Virus record (IMG/VR): IMGVR_UViG_3300045988_054550
Coordinates: 1-64,000 of that record
DNA: 64,000 bases
Source: a virus
Direction: 5' to 3' (one strand)
Below, piece after piece: positions 54,728 to 63,583 of the stretch. Made by a program: the position numbers and the translations under genes. Below the pieces are notes generated by a model, which was given only the letters and a program-made list of their open reading frames with translations, made no database searches and was not told the DNA's origin. Position 1 is the stretch's first letter, and each line of letters opens with the position of its first letter.

Positions 54728-56178
54728 TCTGAAATCACGTCCTTGTTAAAGCCATTCAGCAAATTTTTCGCTTTTTGAAGTTCTGAGTCTGGGTCTGCTA
54801 ATTCCGGGTAAATGGTTCCAAGATATGGTAAACTCATTTCATATACTTTTTGCGGATCACTAAATAATCCGCAAGTAATCAGTGCAATAAGCGGATGAAT
54901 TTTATTCTTAAACAGATAATCAAGTGCCTGTGCTTTGACAAGCATGTTATCTGTCGGGTTTCTAGTGATTTTTACATCAAAATCCCTGGTCGAAATATTT
55001 ACATCCATTGAAGTTTTTCGGATGATATTCAAAATAATTCTGACAGATGCTTTTTCAGCTTCTTTCGTAAATGCTTCTACCAATTTTGCGTCTCGTTCTG
55101 CAAAATCCCAACCATTCCTCAGATATACTGCATTACCAGTATCACCGCCTGTATTGCTTTGCCGGTTTGGCATTGCTTCTACAATCAGCATATTGTTGTA
55201 AATATCATCTTTTGCAACCTGACTCTCTGACTGATTTAGTTCGGCGGTCATTAAATCAACGTCTGATTGTGTTCCGTTTCCAACGTCTTTTACCGATACC
55301 GCACCGAGTTTAACCATCTTTACAAACTCTGCTTCATCAATTTCACAGTTCTTAAATTTCATCAGGGCTTGCACAAACTGCTCAACACCATTCAACCGAT
55401 CAGATTGGTATTTGTTAATGGCATCATATGCCGTAATTGAAATTTCAATATCGGAAAGCCTATCAGGATTATTCGGATATTCATTAATAGGAATCCCGTC
55501 AAATCCGTTTATTCCAAATTCTTTAAGTTGTCCATTTTGCACAATAAAATATTGTCTACTGGAAAACAGTAAATAATATTGCTCATTATCTTCATCTTTC
55601 AGAATCTGAACCGACGCAATAGGTCTTCCGGTTCGACTAGAATAGATAATATATACGTCCCCCGGATACGGAATAAAAATCTGAAATGGTGGTAAATCAC
55701 TACCTTCTGTCCAGTCGTCATTCTTAAGAATACACTTATATGCAGTCCCTACCGCACTCTGGTATATTCCAAGCTGAATATTTCTGGCATCCGCATTTGC
55801 TTCGTCCAGGTAATCATTCAATAAGTCAACCTGAGCATTAGTTTCTTTGCTTGCTTTCTTTTTCTTACAAACATATTGGATTGGTTCTCCATATATCTGT
55901 CCTGCCTTGAATTTTACCGTTTCAAGTGCATGGTTCTCGACGACTTTGTTATTAACTTCGGGCCGAACAAGTTTCTCGCGATATAAAATCGGCTGATCTC
56001 CCTTGTAATATCTGTAAAGATAATCAATCATAGCCCTGTTTCGATTGTGAATTCCAATTGTATTTGAAAGAACCTGCAATACATTATCGGGTGTAATCTG
56101 GTCTACGCCGGTATAAGCAACTTTTCTTCCGAATTCGCCATGGCATAGATCAATAAAGTTTATTTTGTTTCTCCCCAC
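54724..56178 (-). CDS. portal protein (SPP1 gp6-like)
   Basis: ..YLYRYYKGDQPILYREK.. pattern. GTG start after AGGAGG. Confidence 0.8.
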   Translation of the reverse strand: MGRNKINFIDLCHGEFGRKVAYTGVDQITPDNVLQVLSNTIGIHNRNRAMIDYLYRYYKGDQPILYREKLVRPEVNNKVVENHALETVKFKAGQIYGEPIQYVCKKKKASKETNAQVDLLNDYLDEANADARNIQLGIYQSAVGTAYKCILKNDDWTEGSDLPPFQIFIPYPGDVYIIYSSRTGRPIASVQILKDEDNEQYYLLFSSRQYFIVQNGQLKEFGINGFDGIPINEYPNNPDRLSDIEISITAYDAINKYQSDRLNGVEQFVQALMKFKNCEIDEAEFVKMVKLGAVSVKDVGNGTQSDVDLMTAELNQSESQVAKDDIYNNMLIVEAMPNRQSNTGGDTGNAVYLRNGWDFAERDAKLVEAFTKEAEKASVRIILNIIRKTSMDVNISTRDFDVKITRNPTDNMLVKAQALDYLFKNKIHPLIALITCGLFSDPQKVYEMSLPYLGTIYPELADPDSELQKAKNLLNGFNKDVISE

Positions 56179-56288
56179 TGCCTGTCCTCCTATTTTTCTG
56201 CATGAAAAAAGCACCGGAATAAAATCCAGTGCTTAATTTTACATTTTATATTATACACTACTTTAGTGTATGTTTTTGTATGGGATTT

Positions 56289-56708
56289 TTAAGATTCAAA
56301 TTTTTTTAATTGGCGAATTACTGAAATTGCGTCTATATGGAGCTGTCTTACCCACTGATAGGCATAACCCAATTCATCAGAAATTGCATAAAGCGTTTTC
56401 CCTTCGACATATTTTTTGAATAAAATATCATACAAAACCGGATTTTCAACGGAATCAATTGTTCTAATAACTTCCGTTCTTTTCTTTAAATATTCATCTG
56501 TGATATTTCGAATTTCTTTTTGCAAATCAACAATCTCTGCAACTAAATCTCCTGTCTTGTCTTTGTTTCCGGACGTTTGCACACGCTCGCCGTATGAGAA
56601 AGAACTTAATCCAGTTGCATGTGCTTTTAGTTGTTCAATTTCTATGTATTTATTGTGAATTACTCTATCATAACGTTGAATCTGGTTCAAATATTCTCTC
56701 GTGTTCAT
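56289..56708 (-). CDS. DUF1492-like sigma-r4/HTH protein (139 aa)
   Basis: N-terminal coiled coil, C-terminal ..YVEGKTLYAISDELGYAYQWVRQLHIDAI..; ATGA overlap with TerL. Confidence 0.55.
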   Translation of the reverse strand: MNTREYLNQIQRYDRVIHNKYIEIEQLKAHATGLSSFSYGERVQTSGNKDKTGDLVAEIVDLQKEIRNITDEYLKKRTEVIRTIDSVENPVLYDILFKKYVEGKTLYAISDELGYAYQWVRQLHIDAISVIRQLKKFES

Positions 56709-58447
56709 GCGTATCTCCTTCCCCAAAATGGGTTATGAATGGCTGTTGCTTTTCCACCTAAAGGATTTTGTACGAACTCAGCTAACATCGCCAAGCTGTC
56801 AGGTCCATCATCATGAGCCACTTTTGCCCTTGTAGTGTATGTGGTTACATTCGCCATAAATAATCCGTAGTCGGATTTTGGTTTATACTGGCTCGGATGT
56901 AAAAAATAAAAATGTTTTGATATGTAATCAGAGTTTACGAGAATTTTTGTCTCTTTATTTGCTTGCGTAGGTCTTGTTTCGATATCCGCTCGGCATTTCC
57001 CTGAGATTATCTTTTGAATGTTGTGCGCAACACGATTTCCTACGTTATTTGACTCAAATCTGATTTTATGCGGATTGTGTTTTATCAAAATATCAGCAGT
57101 CTTTCTGTCCAGGATGTCGTAATCTGTAGTATCATCGAAAACAACGTCCGGGATAAAAAATTTATCCCCATATTGATATGCAATAGGTAATGATTCAAAA
57201 TCTGTACCTTTATCTTTTGTATCACATACTGCCCATATCGCATCTGCTTCTCTGTCTGGTATAATTGTGTATTCGTCCGTGCATCCATCGGGAACGTCTT
57301 CTTTGCCAAAGAAAAATCTTTTTAGCTTATCTGGCGGAAGCAATAATCCTTCACGTTCTACTGGTTGTTGCTGATAAAGACAGTTATAAGAGATTTCGTC
57401 CATGGACTCTTTAGCATCGTTGAAATATTTCTCAGAGAACCCATTTACTGTGAATAAAAAATTGCTTTTGCCATTCTCATCAAGTGCCGGTACTGCTATG
57501 AACCTCGCTCTAGGGTTCCCGGCGTATAACTGCTGTAGCTTTCCGATAGGGTCATGCACTGACCATCTGGTAGCAATGTAAAACTCTTTGCACCCTTCAA
57601 GTCTACGGGAACGCAAGTCATTTACTACTTTTGTCCATAAGGTGTCCAGTCGATTCTTGTTCAGTGCTTCTTCGATACCAGACACAAGGTCATCGGCGGT
57701 AAGAAATCTGTTACAACGGGTAGCACCAGTCAGAGAGCCGTCAATTGATCGGAACGTCCATGTTTTAAAACGTCCGTTTCTTTCAAGATTTACTGTTGTT
57801 TCTTTTGCGTTTGTTCCCTGTATTTCGACATTTGGAAAAATCTCATGCCATGTATATTCAACAGGGTCGTTGATAATCTCCAATACTCCATCATAGAGAG
57901 AGCGAGTCAAAATACTACTATGTGCAGATGATAAATTAAAATCATTAGGAAACCATCCGCCAACAAGTGAAAGAAAGAAATCTTCAAGAGTCGATTTGCC
58001 ACAGCCAGGAGGTACGCTCAATGCAAATATGTCAAGCTTATCGTCCATCAAATCTTGTAACGAACCTATGATATTGTGCTGCATGAATACGTTTCTTCTT
58101 GGTTCATAAAATCTTTCTTTTGGAATTCTATTTTTCTCGAGATACAATAACCCGCTATCTACTTGAAGGTTTTGCGCTTCCATCAACAAATAATCCCAAT
58201 AAATATCATCGAAATTACCATCGCCGGTAATAGCAGCTTGCCTTTCTGCGATATTGTGTGCATACTGGCTTACCTTTATTCCCATCTGTTGCGCATCTGG
58301 ATTATCCTTGAAAGGAAGGTCAATATTCATATTTAACAGCAGATCAAGGCAGTCTTTCTGGTTTTGATAGGCTGTCATATCGCCATTGATTATTTGATTT
58401 AGGATTGCCCGATACCATTCAAGCGAACCTTCTGTGAATTTTTGCAT
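56705..58447 (-). CDS. terL: terminase large subunit
   Basis: Walker A-like VPPGCGKST, a nuclease-like C-terminal half, position upstream of the portal gene. Confidence 0.85.
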   Translation of the reverse strand: MQKFTEGSLEWYRAILNQIINGDMTAYQNQKDCLDLLLNMNIDLPFKDNPDAQQMGIKVSQYAHNIAERQAAITGDGNFDDIYWDYLLMEAQNLQVDSGLLYLEKNRIPKERFYEPRRNVFMQHNIIGSLQDLMDDKLDIFALSVPPGCGKSTLEDFFLSLVGGWFPNDFNLSSAHSSILTRSLYDGVLEIINDPVEYTWHEIFPNVEIQGTNAKETTVNLERNGRFKTWTFRSIDGSLTGATRCNRFLTADDLVSGIEEALNKNRLDTLWTKVVNDLRSRRLEGCKEFYIATRWSVHDPIGKLQQLYAGNPRARFIAVPALDENGKSNFLFTVNGFSEKYFNDAKESMDEISYNCLYQQQPVEREGLLLPPDKLKRFFFGKEDVPDGCTDEYTIIPDREADAIWAVCDTKDKGTDFESLPIAYQYGDKFFIPDVVFDDTTDYDILDRKTADILIKHNPHKIRFESNNVGNRVAHNIQKIISGKCRADIETRPTQANKETKILVNSDYISKHFYFLHPSQYKPKSDYGLFMANVTTYTTRAKVAHDDGPDSLAMLAEFVQNPLGGKATAIHNPFWGRRYA

Positions 58448-58513
58448 AAAAATAGAGCCAGATCTCCTTTCTTTTTAGGATTTAGTCTGGCTCTCATGTG
58501 GCTCTTTGACTGC

Positions 58514-59260
58514 TTATTCTAACCAATCATTATCTAAGTAATAAAATCCAAAAACAACCGTTCCTGTCAAGATAGCCCATAAAACACGAAATAAAATTAA
58601 CCATACTCCGGTTTCTAAGAGTTTTACTGTTTCTTCGATATTTTGGTTGTTGTAAAATTTAGTCTTATCACTGATTGTTTTGTCTTTTAGTGACGTAAAG
58701 ATTGTTCCTTTGTACTTTGTCCCAACCCCATAGTACTTGTATCTGATATAACTTGACTCTTTTACCGTATCAATGTACTCATCATCTGGAAGAACGATTT
58801 TATTGCTTTTAAAATCAATTCCGCAGAAATTTATTTTCTTAGCTGTCTTGCTTTCTTTTCCTGCATAATCCCAAGTCCAATAAGTTTCAGTGGTGTAATA
58901 AGTACTTTTTCCAGATTTATGTGCTACTCTTCTGGTGTGCATGGTATATTTTTCTTTAACCTTCTTAACATACATGTATTTGCCATTAATTTCTGGGTAA
59001 GTAACTGTATCTACAGCCTTTAATTTGCCATACACAAAAGCATTACCGACGTTAGTCTCCATTCCATACTGAAACAAATCTGTGGATTGAATTTTTACAG
59101 CTTTATTGTATTTATCATTTTGGTTTATCTGCCAGTCAGATATTTTGGAAGAAATCAATGTTCCTATAAGAAGCATTACTGCAATGATTGAAATGCTAGC
59201 AATAATTTCTCTTTTCGTAATCTCGAAGTTTCCAAAATCCCAACCTCTATCCGTCTTCAT
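58514..59260 (-). CDS. membrane protein (N-terminal TM, C-terminal double TM, 248 aa)
   Basis: Hydrophobic segments IIASISIIAVMLLIGTLI and VWLILFRVLWAILTGTVVFGFYY; coupled to the LemA gene. Confidence 0.55.
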   Translation of the reverse strand: MKTDRGWDFGNFEITKREIIASISIIAVMLLIGTLISSKISDWQINQNDKYNKAVKIQSTDLFQYGMETNVGNAFVYGKLKAVDTVTYPEINGKYMYVKKVKEKYTMHTRRVAHKSGKSTYYTTETYWTWDYAGKESKTAKKINFCGIDFKSNKIVLPDDEYIDTVKESSYIRYKYYGVGTKYKGTIFTSLKDKTISDKTKFYNNQNIEETVKLLETGVWLILFRVLWAILTGTVVFGFYYLDNDWLE

Positions 59261-59263
59261 ATC

Positions 59264-59812
59264 TTATTCCTCAAACAGGTTCTGTGGTGCCGATTCTGGT
59301 GCATCAAAATCAAGCAGTTTAAAGTCTTTTTTATCATATCCAAGCATATTCAAGAACGATCTCTGAGGAAATGCTTTCACATATTTTCGATATGCTTTGA
59401 CTGATTTATTGTAATTCTCCCTGTATTCTGCAATAAGATTCTCTGTCAAGGAAAGTTCTGTCATAAGTTGCTTATAGTTATCAGAAGATTTCAACTCTGG
59501 GTACGCTTCACTCACAGCTGAAATTGCAGTAGTAACATTCTCAATATCATTCGAACCAGAAGTCCTTCCGGAAACAATAGCTTTTAATGTTTCACTTTCA
59601 TGCTTATCGTATTGCTTCACACAATCTGCAAGATTATATACCAGATCAACTCTACGTTTTTCCTGTATCTTGATATCTGAAGATGCTGATTCCACCTGCT
59701 CTTCCAATGATATCGCATGATTCTGGAAACTCTGCACTCCAAAGATTCCAAATATTACAATTGCTATAACTCCTACAAGTGAAATTAATAATGCTTTCCA
59801 TGTGCTTTTCAT
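59264..59812 (-). CDS. LemA family protein
   Basis: N-terminal TM plus ..EEQV......I..Q..RR.DL..NL...VK.Y..HE..T...V...R pattern. Confidence 0.7.
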   Translation of the reverse strand: MKSTWKALLISLVGVIAIVIFGIFGVQSFQNHAISLEEQVESASSDIKIQEKRRVDLVYNLADCVKQYDKHESETLKAIVSGRTSGSNDIENVTTAISAVSEAYPELKSSDNYKQLMTELSLTENLIAEYRENYNKSVKAYRKYVKAFPQRSFLNMLGYDKKDFKLLDFDAPESAPQNLFEE

Positions 59813-59815
59813 GAT

Positions 59816-60458
59816 TTATTCTCCTTTCGCTGGCCATTCAAAGCCAAAATCTGAACGTTTGATTTTGCATTGTGGGATTCCATCTTTCCAGAATATAATT
59901 CCTTCCATATTGCGATTTCTCAAATATTCTCGGATGCCATCGTAAGTTCTAGGGACTGAGATTTCCAGTTTGCCATGTGGAATAAGCGTATCAATTCCAA
60001 AATCGTACGGATTCCCATTGAAATGTTTTCCAACAGCTTCGTATGTGCCGCACATAGTCGGTTCCACAATATTTTCAGTACCATCCAGTGTAGTTACATT
60101 TACCTTTACCTTATTATCTTCAAGATATCTGTAATAAGCTTTCGCAAACCATTTATCTTCAGGTGCCGGATTTCCTAAATCAACTTTCACCCAGCATGGA
60201 AAATGTCCCGTAACTGGGTCTGGTTTATCCTGACACGAGATTGATCCAAGTGGGACTTTACGCCCCTTTTTGACATTCGCATCATATCTTTTAAAAAGGT
60301 TTCCATCGGCAATCATGCAACAAGAACCATCCCATTTCACTGTGGCAGTTCCTTTTCATTCAAGAACCCACTCCATGCCTTCTGTGACTTCCGGAAGTGT
60401 TCTTTTAACTCTATGTCCCTCAAATTCTCGTTTGAATAGTGTTGGTATTTTTTTTCAT
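59816..60458 (-). pseudogene. ATP-dependent RNA-ligase-like nucleotidyltransferase, disrupted (A8 frameshift + in-frame TGA)
   Basis: KWDGS (KxDG motif I). The upstream same-frame sequence PTLFKREFEGHRVKRTLPEVTEGMEWVLE*KGTATVKWDG has TGA at 60356-60358. The ATG at 60456-60458 is out of frame by one nt across the T8/A8 run at 60448-60455. Confidence 0.6.
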
Positions 60459-60460
60459 AA

Positions 60461-60955
60461 TCATTCTCCTTCCAATACTTTAATAATAATTTCTTCAATT
60501 GCGATAAAATCAGAACACGACATATTGGTTTTATTAGAACGAAAATATATATCAATTTCTTTCAGTAACAATTTATGTATCCTGTGTTTCTGGTCATCTG
60601 TAAGATAATCTTTTTCGATTGGTTTCTGGTTGTATATATCAGACCATTCTGATGCAGTTTGTTCTATTGTGATTCCTCGTAATGCATTATTAATTATTAA
60701 CATCCATTCTGAATAAGGCAGTTCTTCTTTGCATTCTAGTGTTATTTTAGGCGGTACGTCTTCTTCTGCGTTTATGAGATCAAATGGAATTATTTTTGAA
60801 CCAATTTTAATAAGGCATGTATCCCAATTACATATTTTTTGAGATTGGAGTTTAATATATGTAACTTCTTTTTCTAATGGATCAATTTCAATCCGCGCTT
60901 TTACTTCTTCGCCTGTTTCTATAATTTGTACAGGTACATATTCTGTTAAAGTCAT
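60461..60955 (-). CDS. hypothetical protein (164 aa)
   Basis: ORF track. Confidence 0.5.
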   Translation of the reverse strand: MTLTEYVPVQIIETGEEVKARIEIDPLEKEVTYIKLQSQKICNWDTCLIKIGSKIIPFDLINAEEDVPPKITLECKEELPYSEWMLIINNALRGITIEQTASEWSDIYNQKPIEKDYLTDDQKHRIHKLLLKEIDIYFRSNKTNMSCSDFIAIEEIIIKVLEGE

Positions 60956-60964
60956 GCATTCACC

Positions 60965-61141
60965 TCAATCTGGAATCCCTAACTGTTTATAAGTAAATAT
61001 GGCTGTATATTTTTTACCACATTTGTAGCATGTTTCCGTAATAGTGCAAGTCTTTTCTTTATCGTCACATTTTGATTCTGTATCTGAACTTTTGAATTTA
61101 CATCCTCCCGTTAGAAAGCATTTGATTCTTTTTTTATTCAT
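60965..61141 (-). CDS. Cys-rich miniprotein (58 aa)
   Basis: Hand-translated MNKKRIKCFLTGGCKFK..; ATGA overlap. Confidence 0.45.
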   Translation of the reverse strand: MNKKRIKCFLTGGCKFKSSDTESKCDDKEKTCTITETCYKCGKKYTAIFTYKQLGIPD

Positions 61142-61371
61142 ACATTCACCATGAACTCTTTCTTACAGTTGCTTCCCTTACATTTGTACGGCATCCGATG
61201 AATTTTTGTAGTAGGAAGTATTTTCAACGCTCTCTTTCCACAATAAGGGCACGATACCCATTTCTCGCCGTTTACTGTTTTGATTTGTGCTGTTCCGTCC
61301 CACGGCTCAGGTATATTCATGTATTCAGAGAAATCTACGCCTTCTGATTCAAGTGCTGTTTTAATGCTCAT
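61138..61371 (-). CDS. zinc-ribbon protein (77 aa)
   Basis: CPYCGK..CKGSNCKK. Confidence 0.5.
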   Translation of the reverse strand: MSIKTALESEGVDFSEYMNIPEPWDGTAQIKTVNGEKWVSCPYCGKRALKILPTTKIHRMPYKCKGSNCKKEFMVNV

Positions 61372-61552
61372 TTAATTCTTGTCTCCTTTGAAAAAATCTG
61401 TTGTAATCTGCGATTGAAAATTTACCTAAGGTTCCATAAATTACTTTTCCTTCAGATTTTGGAATCTTTGACAACATTTCTTTTGAAATTGGTGCTGAAC
61501 TTTTTACATCTAAATCATCACAGATAAGGTATTTATCGTAATCACGTTCCAT
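61361..61552 (-). CDS. hypothetical protein (63 aa)
   Basis: ORF track. Confidence 0.45.
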   Translation of the reverse strand: MERDYDKYLICDDLDVKSSAPISKEMLSKIPKSEGKVIYGTLGKFSIADYNRFFQRRQELNEH

Positions 61553-61554
61553 AC

Positions 61555-61839
61555 TTATTTACCATTGTCCTTTCTGATCAATTCCAAAATCGTCAAATAG
61601 TTATCTCCGATATAATCGGAATATTCTGGATTTTTATGAAATAGAACAGTGTTTCCTGCCAGAAGCACATGTTTGTCTGGATAAAATCTGGTCGGGATGT
61701 TCATTCGATGGCATTCTCCCTCAAGATTATATACAGTATCAAAAAATCCAATATCGGTACCTGAATAATTAATTCTCATAAGCGAATATGTCCCTATCTG
61801 GTCGAACTTAAAATGATTTTGTTCTTGCACTGCGGGCAA
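61555..61839 (-). CDS. hypothetical protein (94 aa)
   Basis: ORF track. Confidence 0.45.
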   Translation of the reverse strand: MPAVQEQNHFKFDQIGTYSLMRINYSGTDIGFFDTVYNLEGECHRMNIPTRFYPDKHVLLAGNTVLFHKNPEYSDYIGDNYLTILELIRKDNGK

Positions 61840-62003
61840 ATAATGTATTTTTTCTTGTATCCGAATCCAGATGGCATATTTGTAGCAAAATGATTCTCTA
61901 TATTTTCATCTTTCACATCTTCGGACTCGTCATAGCTCAATACTGCACCGCATTTGTTACAAGTTGCTTCTTTTAATGTACCAGGTTTCAAAATCTTAAT
62001 CAT
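61794..62003 (-). CDS. zinc-ribbon protein (69 aa)
   Basis: CNKCGA..CPQCKN. Confidence 0.5.
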   Translation of the reverse strand: MIKILKPGTLKEATCNKCGAVLSYDESEDVKDENIENHFATNMPSGFGYKKKYIICPQCKNKIILSSTR

Positions 62004-62022
62004 GGCAATCCTCCTTTATCAA

Positions 62023-62730
62023 TCAAGCTGTCTTCTCGAACAACTCAAGAATAAACTCTCGTCCAATCTGTGTGATTCGCCTGTGATAGATTACTCTTCC
62101 AGAATCCAGAACTTCCTGTTTGATTTCTTCGTACCCACAATTGCTATACTGCGAAAACATCACCCATGTACCATTGACCTGATACTGAATCTTTTTATCT
62201 GCCAGAATCCGGTTTAGCTGCATTGCTGATTTCAGTCCCAGTTCCTTAGCAATCTCAGTAATGGTATAAGTTTTGTTGACGTGCATCAGAATAGCGTTCT
62301 TTCTTTCAGCTTCCACTCTGGCGGCACGTTCCTCTTTTAATTTGGTTAGAAGTTCAATTCCAAAGTCGGGATTGTTGAGAATGTTATCAATTACATTGTC
62401 CGTAGCATATATACCATGCTTGCGGATAGTCTTCAGAATCTCTTTAACTTCTTTCTTAAACTGTTTTGCGATTGGCTTTCTTGACTGCATCAGGACTTCA
62501 TAAAGTCCATTCTCGGTAAGCATATTCATTTGCCTGTTCTGACCTGCCCTAAGAATTGTTGAGATCAGCTTTTCATCATCGTCAATGCCCCTAAGCATTT
62601 CCGTTACGTTGCTATGTTCAATCCAATCGGCTACATCATTGGCCACAAACAACGGTTCTTCTGCTGTTCCGTAAACGCGAAACTGTTTTCCCAATACTTC
62701 CTGCTCATTCAATACTTTCAGTTCGTTCAT
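62023..62730 (-). CDS. ant: BRO-N + KilAC antirepressor
   Basis: N-terminal FRVYGTAEEPLFVANDVADWIEH is BRO-N-like; the C-terminal domain is KilAC-like. Start fixed by an ATGA overlap with the upstream miniprotein. Confidence 0.75.
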   Translation of the reverse strand: MNELKVLNEQEVLGKQFRVYGTAEEPLFVANDVADWIEHSNVTEMLRGIDDDEKLISTILRAGQNRQMNMLTENGLYEVLMQSRKPIAKQFKKEVKEILKTIRKHGIYATDNVIDNILNNPDFGIELLTKLKEERAARVEAERKNAILMHVNKTYTITEIAKELGLKSAMQLNRILADKKIQYQVNGTWVMFSQYSNCGYEEIKQEVLDSGRVIYHRRITQIGREFILELFEKTA

Positions 62731-62888
62731 TTCTCTCTTTTCTCCCTGTGCTTCATCTGGCATCCGATCATCTTTGCTACATTTTCACGTTCTTGTTTTA
62801 TTCCATGTCCCTGACGGAATAACTCACATTCAAGGATATTTCCGCATTTAGAACATTCGTCTTTAATTTCTTTTCCTGCTATTTGCAT
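62727..62888 (-). CDS. Cys-containing miniprotein (53 aa)
   Basis: Hand-translated MQIAGKEIKDECSKCGNILECE.. Confidence 0.4.
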   Translation of the reverse strand: MQIAGKEIKDECSKCGNILECELFRQGHGIKQERENVAKMIGCQMKHREKREK

Positions 62889-63154
62889 TCCCATCCATCC
62901 TGTACCATTCTAGGTTTGTATATTTTTTCAGTATACCCTTCGCCGTTGCATAAGTCGCAAGTGACTTCTTTTTCTACGTAATCATCACAACATTCCCAGT
63001 ATTGCGCACGATTTACTCTTTTGATAATAGTTCCACTTCCGCCGCACTTCGGACATCTGTGAATTTTGTTTCCTTGCATTAGTTTCACAAGGTCATCAAG
63101 AGTCGTTTCTCCACCATATGTATTTCTCAAACATATTGCCTCATAAATTTTCAT
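62879..63154 (-). CDS. DnaJ-type zinc-finger protein (91 aa)
   Basis: CPKCGGSG and CDLCNGEG repeats; start trimmed to MKIYEAI. Confidence 0.55.
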   Translation of the reverse strand: MKIYEAICLRNTYGGETTLDDLVKLMQGNKIHRCPKCGGSGTIIKRVNRAQYWECCDDYVEKEVTCDLCNGEGYTEKIYKPRMVQDGWECK

Positions 63155-63290
63155 TTTCTGCGTCCTCCCAAAATTCGCAAACACAATCTGGTTCCGTAAA
63201 ATTAGCGCAGTGTTCACTGTCGCCGTTGAAACATACCCATGTAAAATCGTCATGTTTCTTACATGTTTTACAATACTTTTCTTTTTGCAT
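63141..63290 (-). CDS. Cys-rich miniprotein (49 aa), first ORF of the long minus-strand operon
   Basis: Hand-translated MQKEKYCKTCKKHDDFTWVCFNGDSEHC..; GAGGTG RBS. Confidence 0.45.
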   Translation of the reverse strand: MQKEKYCKTCKKHDDFTWVCFNGDSEHCANFTEPDCVCEFWEDAENENL

Positions 63291-63307
63291 AATTAACACC
63301 TCAATTT

Positions 63308-63364
63308 AAAAAAGTCCAGTGTGCCGACTTGAACGGCATAAATCTCCCAACGAGAAACACTGGA
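63308..63364 (-). ncRNA. tRNA-like minihelix (7-bp acceptor-like stem + small hairpin + T-arm mimic) ending in T6
   Basis: Minus strand: TCCAGTG..TCTC-GTTGG-GAGA..TGCCG-TTCAAGT-CGGCA-CACTGGA-C-TTTTTT. Confidence 0.45.
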
Positions 63365-63378
63365 ACCGTACGAAATAA

Positions 63379-63413
63379 GAGAAAAAGATTCCAATGATTG
63401 CAGTTCATTGGAA
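63379..63413 (-). terminator. intrinsic terminator
   Basis: Minus strand: TTCCAATGA-ACTGCAA-TCATTGGAA followed by TCTTTTTCTC. Confidence 0.7.
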
Positions 63414-63550
63414 TTGAAAAGGGAAGATTCGAACTTCCATGTACATCCCATGTCCAAAGACACATACTCACCCATTAAGATGTACTATCCTCTGCGTCTG
63501 CCTTTCTATCGTATCGGGTTCATCACCGTCAATAGTTCCGCCACTTTTCA
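63414..63550 (-). ncRNA. oversized (137 nt) tRNA-like element
   Basis: 7-bp acceptor TGAAAAG/CTTTTCA. Canonical T arm GGAAG-TTCGAAT-CTTCC. Type-II-like D arm TGGCGGAA..GGCAGACGC interrupted by a ~33-nt hairpin. No canonical anticodon arm could be found by hand. Confidence 0.45.
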
Positions 63551-63583
63551 ATCAGAGCATTATCACTCAATGCATCAAACGTC

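Larger units (their letters stand above)
2112..63300 (-). mobile_element. temperate siphovirus-type phage genome (boundaries uncertain)
   Basis: Contiguous integrase, lysogeny switch, replication, recombination, packaging, head, tail and lysis modules, almost all co-oriented. Confidence 0.85.

Noticed and set aside
56289-56708. Calling the HTH protein after TerL the small terminase
   Set aside because: Its sequence pattern matches the DUF1492/sigma-r4 type as I recall it, and it lies downstream of TerL. The TerS assignment is left open as a question rather than a call.
63414-63550. Quadruplet-decoding (8-nt anticodon loop GTCTTTGG) suppressor tRNA that could explain the frameshifts
   Set aside because: That fold is only one of several weak hand-drawn options. 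The implied AAAG reading does not fit the ligase A8-T context, and the early-gene lesion needs the opposite shift direction. There is not enough support to claim it.
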